Part shown: one piece after another, positions 17,382 through 28,215 of the stretch | How positions within the stretch are numbered: the stretch's first letter is position 1 | Layout of the letters: each line of letters begins with the position of its first letter | Source: a virus | Lineage: Duplodnaviria; Caudoviricetes | DNA length: 64,000 nucleotides | Virus record (IMG/VR): IMGVR_UViG_2600255250_000001 | Coordinates: 17,742 to 81,741 of that record | Reading direction: 5' to 3' (one strand) | Notes under the pieces: model-generated | Database searches by the model: none | What the model was told of the DNA's origin: nothing | Seen by the model: the letters and a program-made list of their open reading frames with translations, nothing else | Translations under genes and position numbers: made by a program

Positions 17382-20300
17382 GCCGCGACCGCCTGTTGGA
17401 TCAACGTCTTGAGAGCACCCTTGCGCTGAATATTGTCAGCAACCACGGCCACAATATCGGTTGGGCTAGGTGGGGGCACTTGATCAGGGCTAACTATCCA
17501 CACATTGAGCGTGGTAGGTCCTTTGGCATTGTCATTCGAAGGGGCCGTCATACTCTCTGATCTTGTGGCATTTCCTAGGTTGTTGAGGGTGTTCAGCTTA
17601 TCCTCCCCAATGGCGGATACTGCTGACTGCCGAAGCACGAACTCCCCTGGGGCCAACTTTCGAAGTACGCTGTCCCGCTGTTGGTTACCGGGGATTAATT
17701 CTCCGAGAGCGCTACCCTTCACGCCACCACCGAGAGACATACCCACGACGCCGAGTAGCCCCCCAAGGATATCACCACCAGCGCCGCCCCCGACACCTTT
17801 TATTAGACTCATCACGACCTGGAGAGCAAGCGCCTTAGCTATTGCCTGCATCAAACTCTGCACAACACTTAGACCGAACGCCTTGAAGGCTTCCGTCGCC
17901 GACATCGTGCCGCTGGTGAGATCCATGAACAAGGTTTGGAAAGAACTGGTGAGGTTGTTGAGGATCGGTCCCCAGGCATTCCCAACCTGAGTTGCAAGAG
18001 GGACCATCTCCAACATGCCACGAGCGTTACGCTGCATGACACCGTTCTGAACCATCCAGGCGTCAGTGCTACTTTTGATAGCGGCGGAGACACTTGGGCT
18101 CTGTTGAGCAGTCGCCGCGTCAATCGCCAGCTTCTGCTTGCCCAGGTCCACAGCGCGCTGCTTGGCCGCTATTTCTTGCATTAGCCAATACGTTGCCTCA
18201 GGGGAGCCTTTGCCGTAGGTGGCCTCAGCGACGGCCTGCTCCTTCTTGATTTGAAGCAGTAGCTGCTCAGCCGCATTGACCTGGTCGAGGAGCGCCTTGC
18301 GCTCTGCAAGCTTGACGTTGGTCTCAAGGCCAACGATCTGATTTTGGGTAAATTTGCTGGCATTCTCAGGCAGCTGAGCAGCGTCAAGGGCTCTCTGTGC
18401 TGCTAGGACCGGCTCCTGGGTCTTCTTGTCCAGCTGGTTCCAATACTCCTCCAGGAGGGCGGCGACCTTCTGGTTGCGGTCTGCACGGAGCCCTTCGAGC
18501 ATCTCGGTGCGTTGAGCGATCAGCTCCTCGTCGCCATCCTTCAGGCCGGCTGCGTTCTCCTGATCGAATGCCTTGATTTTGGCGTCGATGATCTTCTGAT
18601 ACTGATCATTGACCGAGCCCAGAATCTTCTTGACCGTCTCGGGATCGCTGGCGAGCTTCGACTGTGCCACCAGGGTCTGGATTTGCTCAGTGGCGCTCTT
18701 GACCGAAGTGCTCGTCGAGGCCTTGATCGCCTTGGTCGTCGCATCCAGCTCAGCCTTGGTGCGATCGGTGATCGCCCCCTGGATGTTCTGGTTGTCAGCG
18801 GTGTAGTCGCCCTTGCCAAGGGTGATGGCCTGGCCGATACGGTCGTTGATGTGGTTGATGGCTGGGTCGGCGTTCGGCTTTTCGTAGCCGGTCATCACGA
18901 TGCGAGCAGCTTCCTCAGGCGTCCTTGCCGACATCAGGGCAGCGTAGACCTGAGGGAATTTGGTCCGCAGCTCTTCGTCGACGAACTGGTTCTGGGTCGT
19001 GCTGTCGAATGGGCTCTTGCCCTTGTCGGCAGCGAACTGCTGTGCGGCATCCCAGCGGTCGAAACGCCACTGTGGCTTTCCGAAAGCAGTCGGGCGACCA
19101 GTCTTGTCGCTAACGTCACCCTTCGCGTTCGGGTCCAGACCACTCTCGGTGATGAAGTTGCCGACGAGGCCGGCCGCCGCCGCTTGCGAGTAACCCATGG
19201 CGATGAACTGCTTCATGTCGGCAGCAGCGCGATCGGCAACGCTCTTCGCGAGCGGCGAGCCTTCGCTCAACGTCTGGGACTGAATGTCGAGAGAACCGGA
19301 CTGGACCTGGAGCTTGGCCAGCTCGGCGGCCATCGTGTTGAACTGAGTGATCAGAGCGTCCATGGCAGGCCCTGGGCGGGACTTGCGGATAGCCTCGATT
19401 ACCTGCTTGATCTTCTTCTCCAGGACGCCGGCGTCGGCATCCACGGCATCCTTCATCGCCTTCAGCTGATTGACCGCAAGCTCCTGCGCCTGATCGCTGA
19501 TAGAGGTGATGAAGTCCTGCTCGGCCTGGTTGATCTGCTTCTGGTCTTCGCGAAGACCAAGTTCCAGTTCGGCTCTGTTGTCATCGTCGCCGGCGGCTGC
19601 GATCTTGGCATCGAAGATTTCGGCCGTCAGCCTCCGCTTCCGATCGAACTTCGCCTTCACCGCCTCTTCGATGATACTCAGCTCCTCCTTGGAGTAGCTC
19701 TTGCCGGTCAGCTTGAGGAGAGATTGAATCTCCTTGTCGATGGTCGACTGCTGCTCCTTGAGAACGTCCTCTTGGATCTTCTGATAGAGCTTGTTTTCGG
19801 AGGTGGCGCGAGCCGAGATGCGGTTGGTGATCGAAGCCGTGGCGTCGGTAAGATACTGCTTCACCATCGACTCGACCTTGGCCCGGTCGAAGTCGGGGTT
19901 CGACTTCATGATGTCGTTAACGAAGGTCGCGCCCTGGCGCTGGATATCGGCGATGCGGCCGGCATAGACATCCCTCAGGTTGTTCAGCCCATCCAGGATT
20001 TCTTTGGAACTCTTTCCACGGGTTTCCTTGAACGCTCTGCTGGTGTCCCGATTGAGATCGGCCGACAACGAAACGACGCGCTGCCCAAGATCAGTGAACT
20101 CCGAAGTGTTCTTGACCGCGTTGAGCATGTTCTCCTGGTTAAGCCGGTCGAGCTTAGCCTTGGAGGCGTCGATCCGGGTGGACATCGTGAGAAGCGGCGT
20201 GAGGCCAGCGTTCAACGCGTCGAGCAAATCGACGGTTTTGGTGAGCTGCTCGATCTTCGCTTCCAGCTCTGGCGTCGAGTTGCCCAGCTCTTTCTGAGCC

Positions 20301-22804
20301 AGCAGGGTGCTCAGCTCGCGGGTGTTCTGCGCCTTGGTGAGCCCGATCTGAGCACTATAGCCTGAGACCTGGGAACTGTCCTTGGGCTCGCCCTTCAGCC
20401 CAGCGATGAACGCCGCAATGTCCTTGAACTCTGGGCCAAGGGCTTTCTCGACCAGGTAAGGCAAGTTCTTGCGCTCGGTGGCACCACCGGTGATGCCGGC
20501 GACAGACGCCGCCTTGTCGCTAATGGCGTACGTGTCCGAAGTCTTCAGGGCGACATCCTGGTTGCGCTGGTTCTCTTCAAGCAACGCCTTCTCGGCCTCG
20601 ATGAGCGCACCGTAGACCTTGGCGTTGCGAGAGAAGTCCTCGCTCTTAAGCCTGCCGAGGGCGTCGATCAGGTTCTGGACAGACGCCGTGCTGGTGTCGA
20701 TCTCGCCGGCCAACTCCTTGAACGCCTGCTTGATTTCGAGGATTTTGGCCCGGCGCTGGAGCGGGTCGGCATCGAGAGCCGCCTTCTGACGCACAAGGTT
20801 GGTGATGGTCTGGTCGACAGCGTCGATCTGGCCGCTGGTTGCGGCGAGGTCGCCTTCCAGTTCCTGGACCTGGCCACGCAAGATGTCGACACGGTCAGCG
20901 GCTGTAAGGGCGCTTGAACCGAAGGCCGTGTAGGCGACAGCCACGGCGGCTACACCAGCGGCGATTATGACCCACGCCGGGATGGCGGCAACAGCTGCCA
21001 GCATGCCGGCGATGAGTGGGCTCGCTCCAACAGCTGCGGCGCCGAGGCCTTCCGTCGCTACTGCGGCTGCGGCTGCCCCCGTGCGGAAAGCACCAAGCAT
21101 TGGGGTGAGCTGCAAGAGGCCACGGAATACGGCTGAGGTGGTCATCAGAGCTAGACCAACACCAGCAGCTGTGGCCGCTACGGCAATGACGTTCAGGATC
21201 GACGGATATTGGTTCAGGATGGCCAGGAAGTCGGCAGCTGCGTTCAGCAGGTTCTGCAACACCGAAAGCAGTGGGGCGAAGGCCTTGTAGGCGATGGTCC
21301 CAACGACCGAGCCGAACTTCGCCGCCGTGTTGGCGAGCGACTCCATCTGGACCGCGTTTGCTTCCACAGCTGCGGTGCTGAGCGTGAACTCGGCCTGAAG
21401 CTTCGAAGCAAGATCCAGATTGTTGGACAGGGCCGAGTAGGTCGCCGCAGCGCGAACTTCGAAGGCGCCGAAAGCGTCGGCACTGCTGAAACCGGCGGTC
21501 TTCAGCTTGTTCAGCACATTGACCAGGCCGTTGCTCTCGATGTTCACGTCTTCCTCGGACAGCTTCAGGCCGTCGAGGGTTTTCTTGAATTCCTTGCTTG
21601 GGTTTTGGATGTCGATCAGCAGCTGACGAAGGCCGGTGCCAAGTGTCGAGCCCGACCGGATACCGGAGTTGGCGAGCGCGCCGAGCACGCCAGTCAATTC
21701 CTGGAAGGTCACGCCCATCTGGGCGGCGACGTTGCCGGAATACTGAAAGCCAAGGGCCAGCTTATCGATGGTCAGCTTGCTCAGGTTGAGCGCAGCGGTC
21801 ATCGTATTCGCCACGTCGGCAGTCTGCTCAGTTTGCAGATTGAAGATCGACAGGACACTCGACGTTACGTCGACAGCTGAAGCCAGGTCCGTACCGGCTG
21901 CGGTCGCCAACAGGCTGATCGCACCAATCGAGTCGGCGACTTGTCGTGCCGAGAAACCGGCCTGACCGAGGATGGTCGCAGCCTTGGTAATTTCGAGTGC
22001 CGTGAACTTGCTGGCTTCAGAGACCTCAATGAGACGATCCTTCAGAACCGCCATCTCAGAGTTGGTCGTGCCGGTGATCGCCTGGAACTTGTAGAACTCG
22101 GCGTCGAGCTGCACGACGAAAGTGCTTAGGCTCTTGGCAGCATTGAACGCGAGCGAGAGCGCTTGGTAGCCGACCAGGAGGCGGCTCTGGATGCCGATGA
22201 TATCGGCACCACCATTGGCGTTCATTCGCTCGGTGATGTTGCGGTTGGCTGCTGCGGCCTTGCCGTTTGCAGCTTCGAAGAGAATGCTCTCGTTCCGACG
22301 CTGATCCAGTATCGTCTTGGCGCTCAGCAGATTAGGGGAAGAGTTCTGCACCATCTTGTTGGTGCTGTAGGTTGCGTTTCGCAAGCGAGCCTGGACGGCC
22401 GCATCCATGGTGCGAAGGTTCTGTTGGAAACCCTTGACCAGTTCGTCCGTCAGACGTGCGGTAATTGCTTTGGTGGTTGACCGGGCATCGGCGATGATGG
22501 AGCGGAAGGCCGCTTCGTTGGCCTGCGAGGAGAGACCACCCTTGCCGGCAAGGCCGAAGTTCTGACCGAGAGCGGCTTCCTGGCGCTGGATGTTCCGAGT
22601 GTAGTTGGCGGACCCGGCGTTGATCTTCGCCATCGCGGAGCTGAGCTTCCCGACCATCTGGTCGGTGCGGGTCTCGATGACTTTTTGCGCTTGGAGAAGG
22701 TTGGCAGTTATGCCCTGAAGGTCGGCTTGGAGCTTTTTTAGTTCAGCGGAAGCGCGGCTTGCATCGAGACCATAATCTACATTTATGCTGCCGTCATTAG
22801 ACAC
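17378..22804 (-). CDS. Tape measure protein (TP901-type) with tail lysozyme domain
   Basis: 1808 aa Ala-rich helical; LANSGIRSGSTLGTGLRQ; GLVGNFITESGLDP...PQWRFDR. Confidence 0.92.
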   Translation of the reverse strand: MSNDGSINVDYGLDASRASAELKKLQADLQGITANLLQAQKVIETRTDQMVGKLSSAMAKINAGSANYTRNIQRQEAALGQNFGLAGKGGLSSQANEAAFRSIIADARSTTKAITARLTDELVKGFQQNLRTMDAAVQARLRNATYSTNKMVQNSSPNLLSAKTILDQRRNESILFEAANGKAAAANRNITERMNANGGADIIGIQSRLLVGYQALSLAFNAAKSLSTFVVQLDAEFYKFQAITGTTNSEMAVLKDRLIEVSEASKFTALEITKAATILGQAGFSARQVADSIGAISLLATAAGTDLASAVDVTSSVLSIFNLQTEQTADVANTMTAALNLSKLTIDKLALGFQYSGNVAAQMGVTFQELTGVLGALANSGIRSGSTLGTGLRQLLIDIQNPSKEFKKTLDGLKLSEEDVNIESNGLVNVLNKLKTAGFSSADAFGAFEVRAAATYSALSNNLDLASKLQAEFTLSTAAVEANAVQMESLANTAAKFGSVVGTIAYKAFAPLLSVLQNLLNAAADFLAILNQYPSILNVIAVAATAAGVGLALMTTSAVFRGLLQLTPMLGAFRTGAAAAAVATEGLGAAAVGASPLIAGMLAAVAAIPAWVIIAAGVAAVAVAYTAFGSSALTAADRVDILRGQVQELEGDLAATSGQIDAVDQTITNLVRQKAALDADPLQRRAKILEIKQAFKELAGEIDTSTASVQNLIDALGRLKSEDFSRNAKVYGALIEAEKALLEENQRNQDVALKTSDTYAISDKAASVAGITGGATERKNLPYLVEKALGPEFKDIAAFIAGLKGEPKDSSQVSGYSAQIGLTKAQNTRELSTLLAQKELGNSTPELEAKIEQLTKTVDLLDALNAGLTPLLTMSTRIDASKAKLDRLNQENMLNAVKNTSEFTDLGQRVVSLSADLNRDTSRAFKETRGKSSKEILDGLNNLRDVYAGRIADIQRQGATFVNDIMKSNPDFDRAKVESMVKQYLTDATASITNRISARATSENKLYQKIQEDVLKEQQSTIDKEIQSLLKLTGKSYSKEELSIIEEAVKAKFDRKRRLTAEIFDAKIAAAGDDDNRAELELGLREDQKQINQAEQDFITSISDQAQELAVNQLKAMKDAVDADAGVLEKKIKQVIEAIRKSRPGPAMDALITQFNTMAAELAKLQVQSGSLDIQSQTLSEGSPLAKSVADRAAADMKQFIAMGYSQAAAAGLVGNFITESGLDPNAKGDVSDKTGRPTAFGKPQWRFDRWDAAQQFAADKGKSPFDSTTQNQFVDEELRTKFPQVYAALMSARTPEEAARIVMTGYEKPNADPAINHINDRIGQAITLGKGDYTADNQNIQGAITDRTKAELDATTKAIKASTSTSVKSATEQIQTLVAQSKLASDPETVKKILGSVNDQYQKIIDAKIKAFDQENAAGLKDGDEELIAQRTEMLEGLRADRNQKVAALLEEYWNQLDKKTQEPVLAAQRALDAAQLPENASKFTQNQIVGLETNVKLAERKALLDQVNAAEQLLLQIKKEQAVAEATYGKGSPEATYWLMQEIAAKQRAVDLGKQKLAIDAATAQQSPSVSAAIKSSTDAWMVQNGVMQRNARGMLEMVPLATQVGNAWGPILNNLTSSFQTLFMDLTSGTMSATEAFKAFGLSVVQSLMQAIAKALALQVVMSLIKGVGGGAGGDILGGLLGVVGMSLGGGVKGSALGELIPGNQQRDSVLRKLAPGEFVLRQSAVSAIGEDKLNTLNNLGNATRSESMTAPSNDNAKGPTTLNVWIVSPDQVPPPSPTDIVAVVADNIQRKGALKTLIQQAVAA

Positions 22805-22888
22805 TCAGGGCTCCGGTCTTGGGTGCCTCTGATAGATAGTGTTGAAAGGGGATGTCGTTATGTTTTGGGTGAACCGGAACGGTTCACT

Positions 22889-23407
22889 CTAAGCGGCCAG
22901 ACCATGCTTCGCATGGAATCCTAGTCTGGTTTTCTCCGCTTCATAAGCGTGGTGAGCATCAAGCGCGGTGTTAAACATGCCGATGTATCTTGTGGCGATG
23001 ATCGCCATAAATTTTCCCTGATGCTGAGACACGCCGGTGTAGCCCGTTGTGTTATCTTTTCTCATCGGCAAGTTTTGGTTGTTTCCAATGCTGTTTGAGT
23101 CCACCAGGTTATCAAGACGATTGTCGGTCCTCGTCCTATTGTCATGATCAACCTTGTTGGGCCAGTAGCCGTGAACCATCTTCCAGATCACTCGGTGAGC
23201 GTAGTAGGTCTTCCCGAACAAAGCTCCCGCGAGGTATCCCTCCAAAGGTGTGATAAACGCCTCCTTACCGGAGAAGCGTTTGTTCCATGTCTTATGGTCT
23301 TGCCGACGCTTGAACCAAATCGGTGCTCGCTCTCTCCAGAACAATTTGCCGGTCTCTGGGACGTAGTGCAAGAACTCGTTAAAATCTACCTCAACCAATT
23401 GAGCCAC
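22889..23407 (-). CDS. HNH endonuclease with AP2-like C-terminus
   Basis: AHRVIW, VDHDNRTRTDNRLDNL, NTTGYTGV. Confidence 0.85.
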   Translation of the reverse strand: MAQLVEVDFNEFLHYVPETGKLFWRERAPIWFKRRQDHKTWNKRFSGKEAFITPLEGYLAGALFGKTYYAHRVIWKMVHGYWPNKVDHDNRTRTDNRLDNLVDSNSIGNNQNLPMRKDNTTGYTGVSQHQGKFMAIIATRYIGMFNTALDAHHAYEAEKTRLGFHAKHGLAA

Positions 23408-23771
23408 CTATGTTAGAGAAGGCAGCAGCCAGTTCTCCAAAACTTCCGATCGCATCAGACTCGGGTATGGCAGCGGTAGAAGACCTACCGCCACCCAAGG
23501 CCTCTTGGGCGACTAGACGGAATGACTCGAACGTTTGGTAGCCCTGAGCCAAAACAAACTGGGTCTTCAGACTGACGATGGTCTGAAGATCGAAATGTGT
23601 ATGAGACCAGAGGGTTTCTCGAAGAGAGCTAGGCTTGATGCCCAGTGCCCAGATTATGCTGTCTTCGAAGCTGAGGCCGGTGATCCAGCCAAGGAGGATG
23701 CTAGGCTGGCCAGATCGGTCTTGTGCGTCTCCGTCACCTGGACGACCTTTTTCAGTGACCGCACGAAAAAA
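23391..23771 (-). CDS. Tail assembly chaperone frameshift extension (gpGT-like, -1 frame)
   Basis: Open -1 frame from slippery TTTTTTC at 23771-23765. Confidence 0.65.
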   Translation of the reverse strand, partial: FFRAVTEKGRPGDGDAQDRSGQPSILLGWITGLSFEDSIIWALGIKPSSLRETLWSHTHFDLQTIVSLKTQFVLAQGYQTFESFRLVAQEALGGGRSSTAAIPESDAIGSFGELAAAFSNIGGSIG

Positions 23772-24055
23772 TCCATGAGGTGATCCATGGTCCACGCCAG
23801 GATCGCTTCAACGTCACTGATGGAGATGTCGAGATCGTCGAAGTCGGCCACTGGTTTCTCAACCTTGCCGCTCTTCTTGCGCTGGGCCAGGCAGGCCAGA
23901 AGGATCGATCTCCGCATTTCCGGATTGACCGGGACTGCTGCGATCTGACCAGGGTCTCCGATCAGAATCGAGAGTTCATTCAGAAGGCCGAAGGACATGA
24001 ACAATTCACGTTCCACGTCGTCTTGCTTGATAGTGATGTTTGGATCTTTTGCCAC
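23654..24055 (-). CDS. Tail assembly chaperone (gpG-like)
   Basis: Between tube and tape measure genes; GTG start with GGGAA upstream. Confidence 0.7.
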   Translation of the reverse strand: MAKDPNITIKQDDVERELFMSFGLLNELSILIGDPGQIAAVPVNPEMRRSILLACLAQRKKSGKVEKPVADFDDLDISISDVEAILAWTMDHLMDFFVRSLKKVVQVTETHKTDLASLASSLAGSPASASKTA

Positions 24056-24137
24056 GATGTTTCCCGCGTTTGAACAAAGAAAAAGCACGTCACTCATGTG
24101 GTGAGTGACGTGCTTCGGTACAAGGAGTGTTGAAGGG

Positions 24138-24938
24138 TTAGCGCGGGAAGAGAACAGCCGCTGCTTCACCATAGAACGGATACATCGGATCGGTCGGAAC
24201 GCCGGCGTAAGGCGTGAACTCGAACGGCAGATTGCCGAAGTTGTCCGTCTGGAAGCCGACGCTCAGGCCCTTCGTGATCTTGACCCGTGGGAGCAGGATC
24301 GTGAAAGGAGAGTTGTCCTTCGGCAGGATGCCAACGACCTTGACTGCCATTTCCGCCTGGACCTGGACACCGCCGAGATCGATACGTTTGATCTTGCCGA
24401 TGCGGGTGCCGATCGGGAACGTCTTGCCTGCTGGGACGCCGTAGCCCGTAGCGAAGGTGATCGTGGTCGTGGCAGTGGCAAACACTGCCGTCAAGACCTT
24501 GGCGATGTGGACAGAGTCGTCGATGCCATCCTGAAGGAAGATGTAGTCACCGGCTGCAAGGTTGGACGTGATGTCCGAGGCCACGGTAATCACAACAGCC
24601 GCAGGGGCTGCTGCGCCACTCGAAATCCACATGGCAGGCATCGGATCGAAAGAGACGCCCGAAGCGTCGAGGCCGGCCGCGTAGGCCAGGTTTCGGACGG
24701 TGTACTCATAGACCTCACAAGCTGCCTTGATACCGTCCTGATTGCGGATCGACATCACGACAGTGTTCTTGATACCCTGCGTCAGTTCGACGTAACCCGG
24801 ATCGGACGTGAGGGTGAAGTTCTTCACCAAGCCGATGGAGTGAGTATTGGGCTGGAAGCTGTGGAGATCAGCCAGGGCGCCAACCATGACGGTCGCCGTC
24901 GAGAGTAGAAAACGGTCAGTTCTTGCAGTGCCGGCCAT
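24138..24938 (-). CDS. Major tail tube protein
   Basis: IGLVKNFTL, FGNLPFEFTPY; synteny. Confidence 0.75.
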   Translation of the reverse strand: MAGTARTDRFLLSTATVMVGALADLHSFQPNTHSIGLVKNFTLTSDPGYVELTQGIKNTVVMSIRNQDGIKAACEVYEYTVRNLAYAAGLDASGVSFDPMPAMWISSGAAAPAAVVITVASDITSNLAAGDYIFLQDGIDDSVHIAKVLTAVFATATTTITFATGYGVPAGKTFPIGTRIGKIKRIDLGGVQVQAEMAVKVVGILPKDNSPFTILLPRVKITKGLSVGFQTDNFGNLPFEFTPYAGVPTDPMYPFYGEAAAVLFPR

Positions 24939-25025
24939 GGTGAGTCCTCTGGTGTATCTTGCTCCTTGTAAGATAGGTGGCAGTGACTATATTGCCTAAG
25001 AGACCTCGAACCGAAATGATGAAAA

Positions 25026-25241
25026 ATGATTCGATTTACCACTACGTTGGACCCGGAGCTTTATTCGCTGCTGCAAAGCCGGTCGAACTACAATCGCCGT
25101 AGCATGAACAAAGAGATTGTCTTCCTGTTGGAGACGGCTCTCGCGGCAGAGATCGATGGCAATCTGTCAATCCTGCGGACGTTGATGGTCGCGCAGGGTG
25201 GTGTGAGTTCTATTCCTCACCCTGTGGCAGAGAGCACCTAG
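25026..25241 (+). CDS. Arc-like ribbon-helix-helix regulator
   Basis: RFTTTLDPELYSLL..RSNYNRRSMNKEIVFLLE. Confidence 0.75.
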   Translation: MIRFTTTLDPELYSLLQSRSNYNRRSMNKEIVFLLETALAAEIDGNLSILRTLMVAQGGVSSIPHPVAEST

Positions 25242-25244
25242 GAG

Positions 25245-25694
25245 TTACTCCTCGACCCCAAGAACTGCCTGAGCCTGGACATAAGCCCAGGGGCGAGCCT
25301 CGGAACGGGTCATGGGCACCGACGTGGTACCGTCGCTGAAGATCAGGTAGCCTTTTTCCAACGCTGAGTTGGCGTCATAAATCTTCATCTGTTTCGTGGG
25401 ACGCATACGCTCGAAAATCATTGCCATGATCTTGCGTTGACGGAACAGGTTCGTATCATCAGCGTAGGTGGACGCGGCGATGGCAAACGTCGCCTCGTAC
25501 ATCCCAGGCCAAAGTTCAGTAACTGCCATTGCGGTCGGGCCGATCAGATCGCAGTTTGGCAGCTCGGCCACATTGGCGTGGGTCTCCCAATCGAAGAATG
25601 CGAATTCTGTGTCGGGATAGAGTGGTCGGAGGTCGTCCAGGATGTCCTGGCAAACCTTAACAACCGAAGCCCAAACGTCTTGAACTATCATCAC
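25245..25694 (-). CDS. Putative tail terminator
   Basis: Size and position upstream of tube gene. Confidence 0.45.
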   Translation of the reverse strand: MMIVQDVWASVVKVCQDILDDLRPLYPDTEFAFFDWETHANVAELPNCDLIGPTAMAVTELWPGMYEATFAIAASTYADDTNLFRQRKIMAMIFERMRPTKQMKIYDANSALEKGYLIFSDGTTSVPMTRSEARPWAYVQAQAVLGVEE

Positions 25695-26587
25695 TTGCCT
25701 CCCGCGCCGAATTCTGTGTAGCCACCATCACCTCTCACGGCCGTGGTGATGCTGGCGTCGAGCGCTGCTGCGATCTTGTTGGGGATGCGGAATAGGCTCC
25801 AGTATGTGAAGACTGGCTGGAGCAGAGGACGGTTGGCCAAGTTGTAGGTGCCGTTCATCGGGCCACGCAATTTCGTGATCGCGTCCTCAGACATTCCGAG
25901 AGATTTCTCGAAGCTCATGTTGTTGTTCGTGTCGCCGAGATTGCCTGAGAGCAGGCCGGGCAGGGCAGATCGTGGCGTCCTAGGCAACAACGTGATCCTA
26001 AGCCTTCCCACTGGGATAATGGCGTTCCGATTTTTGACAGGGGCGAACCGACCGCTGTCGTTGAAGGTGATCTTCACCACGCCTGTGCGCTTCACCATCT
26101 CGCGGGCTTTGGAGAGCAGCTCCTGGCGCAGCCGTCCGGTGTTGCGATAGAAGCGCTTGGCGCGATCGATGCTAAGCCCGCCTTCGATCTTCCGGCGAAT
26201 GGTGCTCCTGTGGAGAGGAGCCCAGGTAATCTGTCCTCGGGCAAAGGGCTGGGTCTGCATTTGAAACCGCTTGGTGTTCGCAACGCTTCTGGCGTTGAAC
26301 CCAGCATCCGCGAAAGAGAAGACCTTCGGTGCTGTGGCGACCGACATCTGTCCCATCATGTTCTCTGCGGCGTACTTGACGCCTTGCGCGTACTCCGTCT
26401 CGATCACCCGTTGCAGGCGACCGTTCAGGCCTTTGAGGTTGATGAGGGTTCGTTCTCTGGCAAGCCGGCCGCTCTCGTCTGCCACCGCATTGGTGATGGC
26501 TTCGGCCGCGCCTGTGCCACTGGCGTCTCTCGAACCAGAGTTCTTACCGATCCGGAATTTGATGAGGATCTTGCTCTTGCCGGCCAT
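25691..26587 (-). CDS. Putative neck/tail completion protein
   Basis: Basic; WAPL..STIRRK and TGRLR motifs; synteny. Confidence 0.5.
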   Translation of the reverse strand: MAGKSKILIKFRIGKNSGSRDASGTGAAEAITNAVADESGRLARERTLINLKGLNGRLQRVIETEYAQGVKYAAENMMGQMSVATAPKVFSFADAGFNARSVANTKRFQMQTQPFARGQITWAPLHRSTIRRKIEGGLSIDRAKRFYRNTGRLRQELLSKAREMVKRTGVVKITFNDSGRFAPVKNRNAIIPVGRLRITLLPRTPRSALPGLLSGNLGDTNNNMSFEKSLGMSEDAITKLRGPMNGTYNLANRPLLQPVFTYWSLFRIPNKIAAALDASITTAVRGDGGYTEFGAGGK

Positions 26588-27135
26588 TACTGGATTTCCG
26601 CAAGATTGACCCCGAGCACCGTGTCGAGACGCTTGACCACCATCTTGTCGATGATGTCGCCAAGTTGAATGTCCTCGTTGGTGATGACCTGACGGACCTG
26701 TTCCTTCACGCCCATCTGACCACCAGGTGGTTCTCGGGTGACGCGCTCGATCAGGACCCAGATATTGGCGAGGGCTTGCCTGCCGATGCCCTTCTGCAAT
26801 TTCGTCAGAGTGTCGAGTTCCTGCACCTCACGCTCCCACAGCACAGACGTAGCCATGTGGAATAGGCGGTGGGTTCGGTAGTGGACCTGATTGTAGTCGC
26901 TCGGGGCATCGTGGTTTGCGAGGAGGAAGCGGCGGCCGGCGGGGTCGATAATCATCGAGCCGGTGTTGACCGGACACAGGTGTCGCACGCGAAGGATGAG
27001 GCGTGGATCACTGTAGTCGTAGGAGGGAACCTTTCCTTCATCCATGGCCTGCACGTCGCCAACGAATGGGAAACCACCAACGGTGGTCATCATGCTTTCA
27101 AATCTGCGGCCGGCGTTGTCCAAGCCAATGGTCAT
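26587..27135 (-). CDS. Putative head closure protein
   Basis: Synteny and coupling only. Confidence 0.45.
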   Translation of the reverse strand: MTIGLDNAGRRFESMMTTVGGFPFVGDVQAMDEGKVPSYDYSDPRLILRVRHLCPVNTGSMIIDPAGRRFLLANHDAPSDYNQVHYRTHRLFHMATSVLWEREVQELDTLTKLQKGIGRQALANIWVLIERVTREPPGGQMGVKEQVRQVITNEDIQLGDIIDKMVVKRLDTVLGVNLAEIQ

Positions 27136-27139
27136 GCGA

Positions 27140-27862
27140 TTACCCCGTGATCGGGTCGGTGTCTTGGGTCAGGGCGGCGAGAGGGAGATCAACACCAGTC
27201 CGCCCCGTGGTCTCTTGCAGCGCTTCGGCATAGCGTCCCTGGGCCTGGCGTTCGACATCCGAGAAGTCACGGATCACCGGGCGCGAGAAGCCCTTCAGTC
27301 CATTCGTTTCAGTCTGTGCGATGCGCTGCTTCAGAGAGGGCAGAACGTCGAGGACGGCCTGCATGCGGATCATTTCATTGGCTGCCAGCTCGACCGTCGT
27401 TCCCGATGCCAGTGCGATGCCCAGCTCCTCAAGACCGACTTCCTTCTCGACCTTCATGAACGCGATCATCAGATCGATTTCACTGTCTGGCAGCTCGTGC
27501 TGCTGCACACCAACGAAGCCCCGGATTTGGCCGGGGGTGACGCTGTGGTTGAGGTAAGCCGTCAAGCGGTAGGTGGTGATCTGCTGCTTGCTGACGCCGT
27601 TCATCAGAAAGTCGAATGTGACAGTTCGTTTCTCGAAGCGCCTACCGACCGCGACAGCGTTGTTCACGGCGGGGATCACGACGGAGATATTGAAGGTCGT
27701 AGGACCTGTGGTTACCGGTACATCCGTGAGGGCAGGGATAGCCACCCCTTCCTGATCGCGAACCGTGTAGGTCAACGACCCCACGGTTGGAACGACTGGG
27801 ACACCCCCGTCGACGAGCGTGACCATCAGTGTGACGTTGGCGCCGTCGAGGTAATCGAACAT
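27140..27862 (-). CDS. Putative head-tail adaptor
   Basis: Ig-like N-term plus helical C-term; synteny. Confidence 0.45.
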   Translation of the reverse strand: MFDYLDGANVTLMVTLVDGGVPVVPTVGSLTYTVRDQEGVAIPALTDVPVTTGPTTFNISVVIPAVNNAVAVGRRFEKRTVTFDFLMNGVSKQQITTYRLTAYLNHSVTPGQIRGFVGVQQHELPDSEIDLMIAFMKVEKEVGLEELGIALASGTTVELAANEMIRMQAVLDVLPSLKQRIAQTETNGLKGFSRPVIRDFSDVERQAQGRYAEALQETTGRTGVDLPLAALTQDTDPITG

Positions 27863-27864
27863 GT

Positions 27865-28215
27865 TTACTCGCCGGTCTCAACTTCGGCTTCGACCTCAGT
27901 CTCTGCCTCAACCTTGGCCTTGCCTCGACCCTTGCTCTTCGGCGCAACCTTCGTGGTCGGTTCGTCGGAATAGGCATCGAGGAACGAGGACACGGCTAGC
28001 TGGGAGTCTTCGGCCGACTTGAAGAATTCGGCGAATTCCTCGTCGGTCGCCTCGTCGGCTACATTTCCGAGGACCTTGAGCTGACCGATAGCGGCACGAG
28101 CAGAGATAAAGGGAGAACCGCGTACAACCGAGGGCCGCTCAGCCGCGACAATATCTCCGCCATTTCCAAAATCAATAAGTTGAAATGAGCCATTGGTTTC
28201 ACACAAGATTTTCAT
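27865..28215 (-). CDS. Hypothetical protein downstream of capsid gene
   Basis: Clean ORF with acidic tail. Confidence 0.55.
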   Translation of the reverse strand: MKILCETNGSFQLIDFGNGGDIVAAERPSVVRGSPFISARAAIGQLKVLGNVADEATDEEFAEFFKSAEDSQLAVSSFLDAYSDEPTTKVAPKSKGRGKAKVEAETEVEAEVETGE

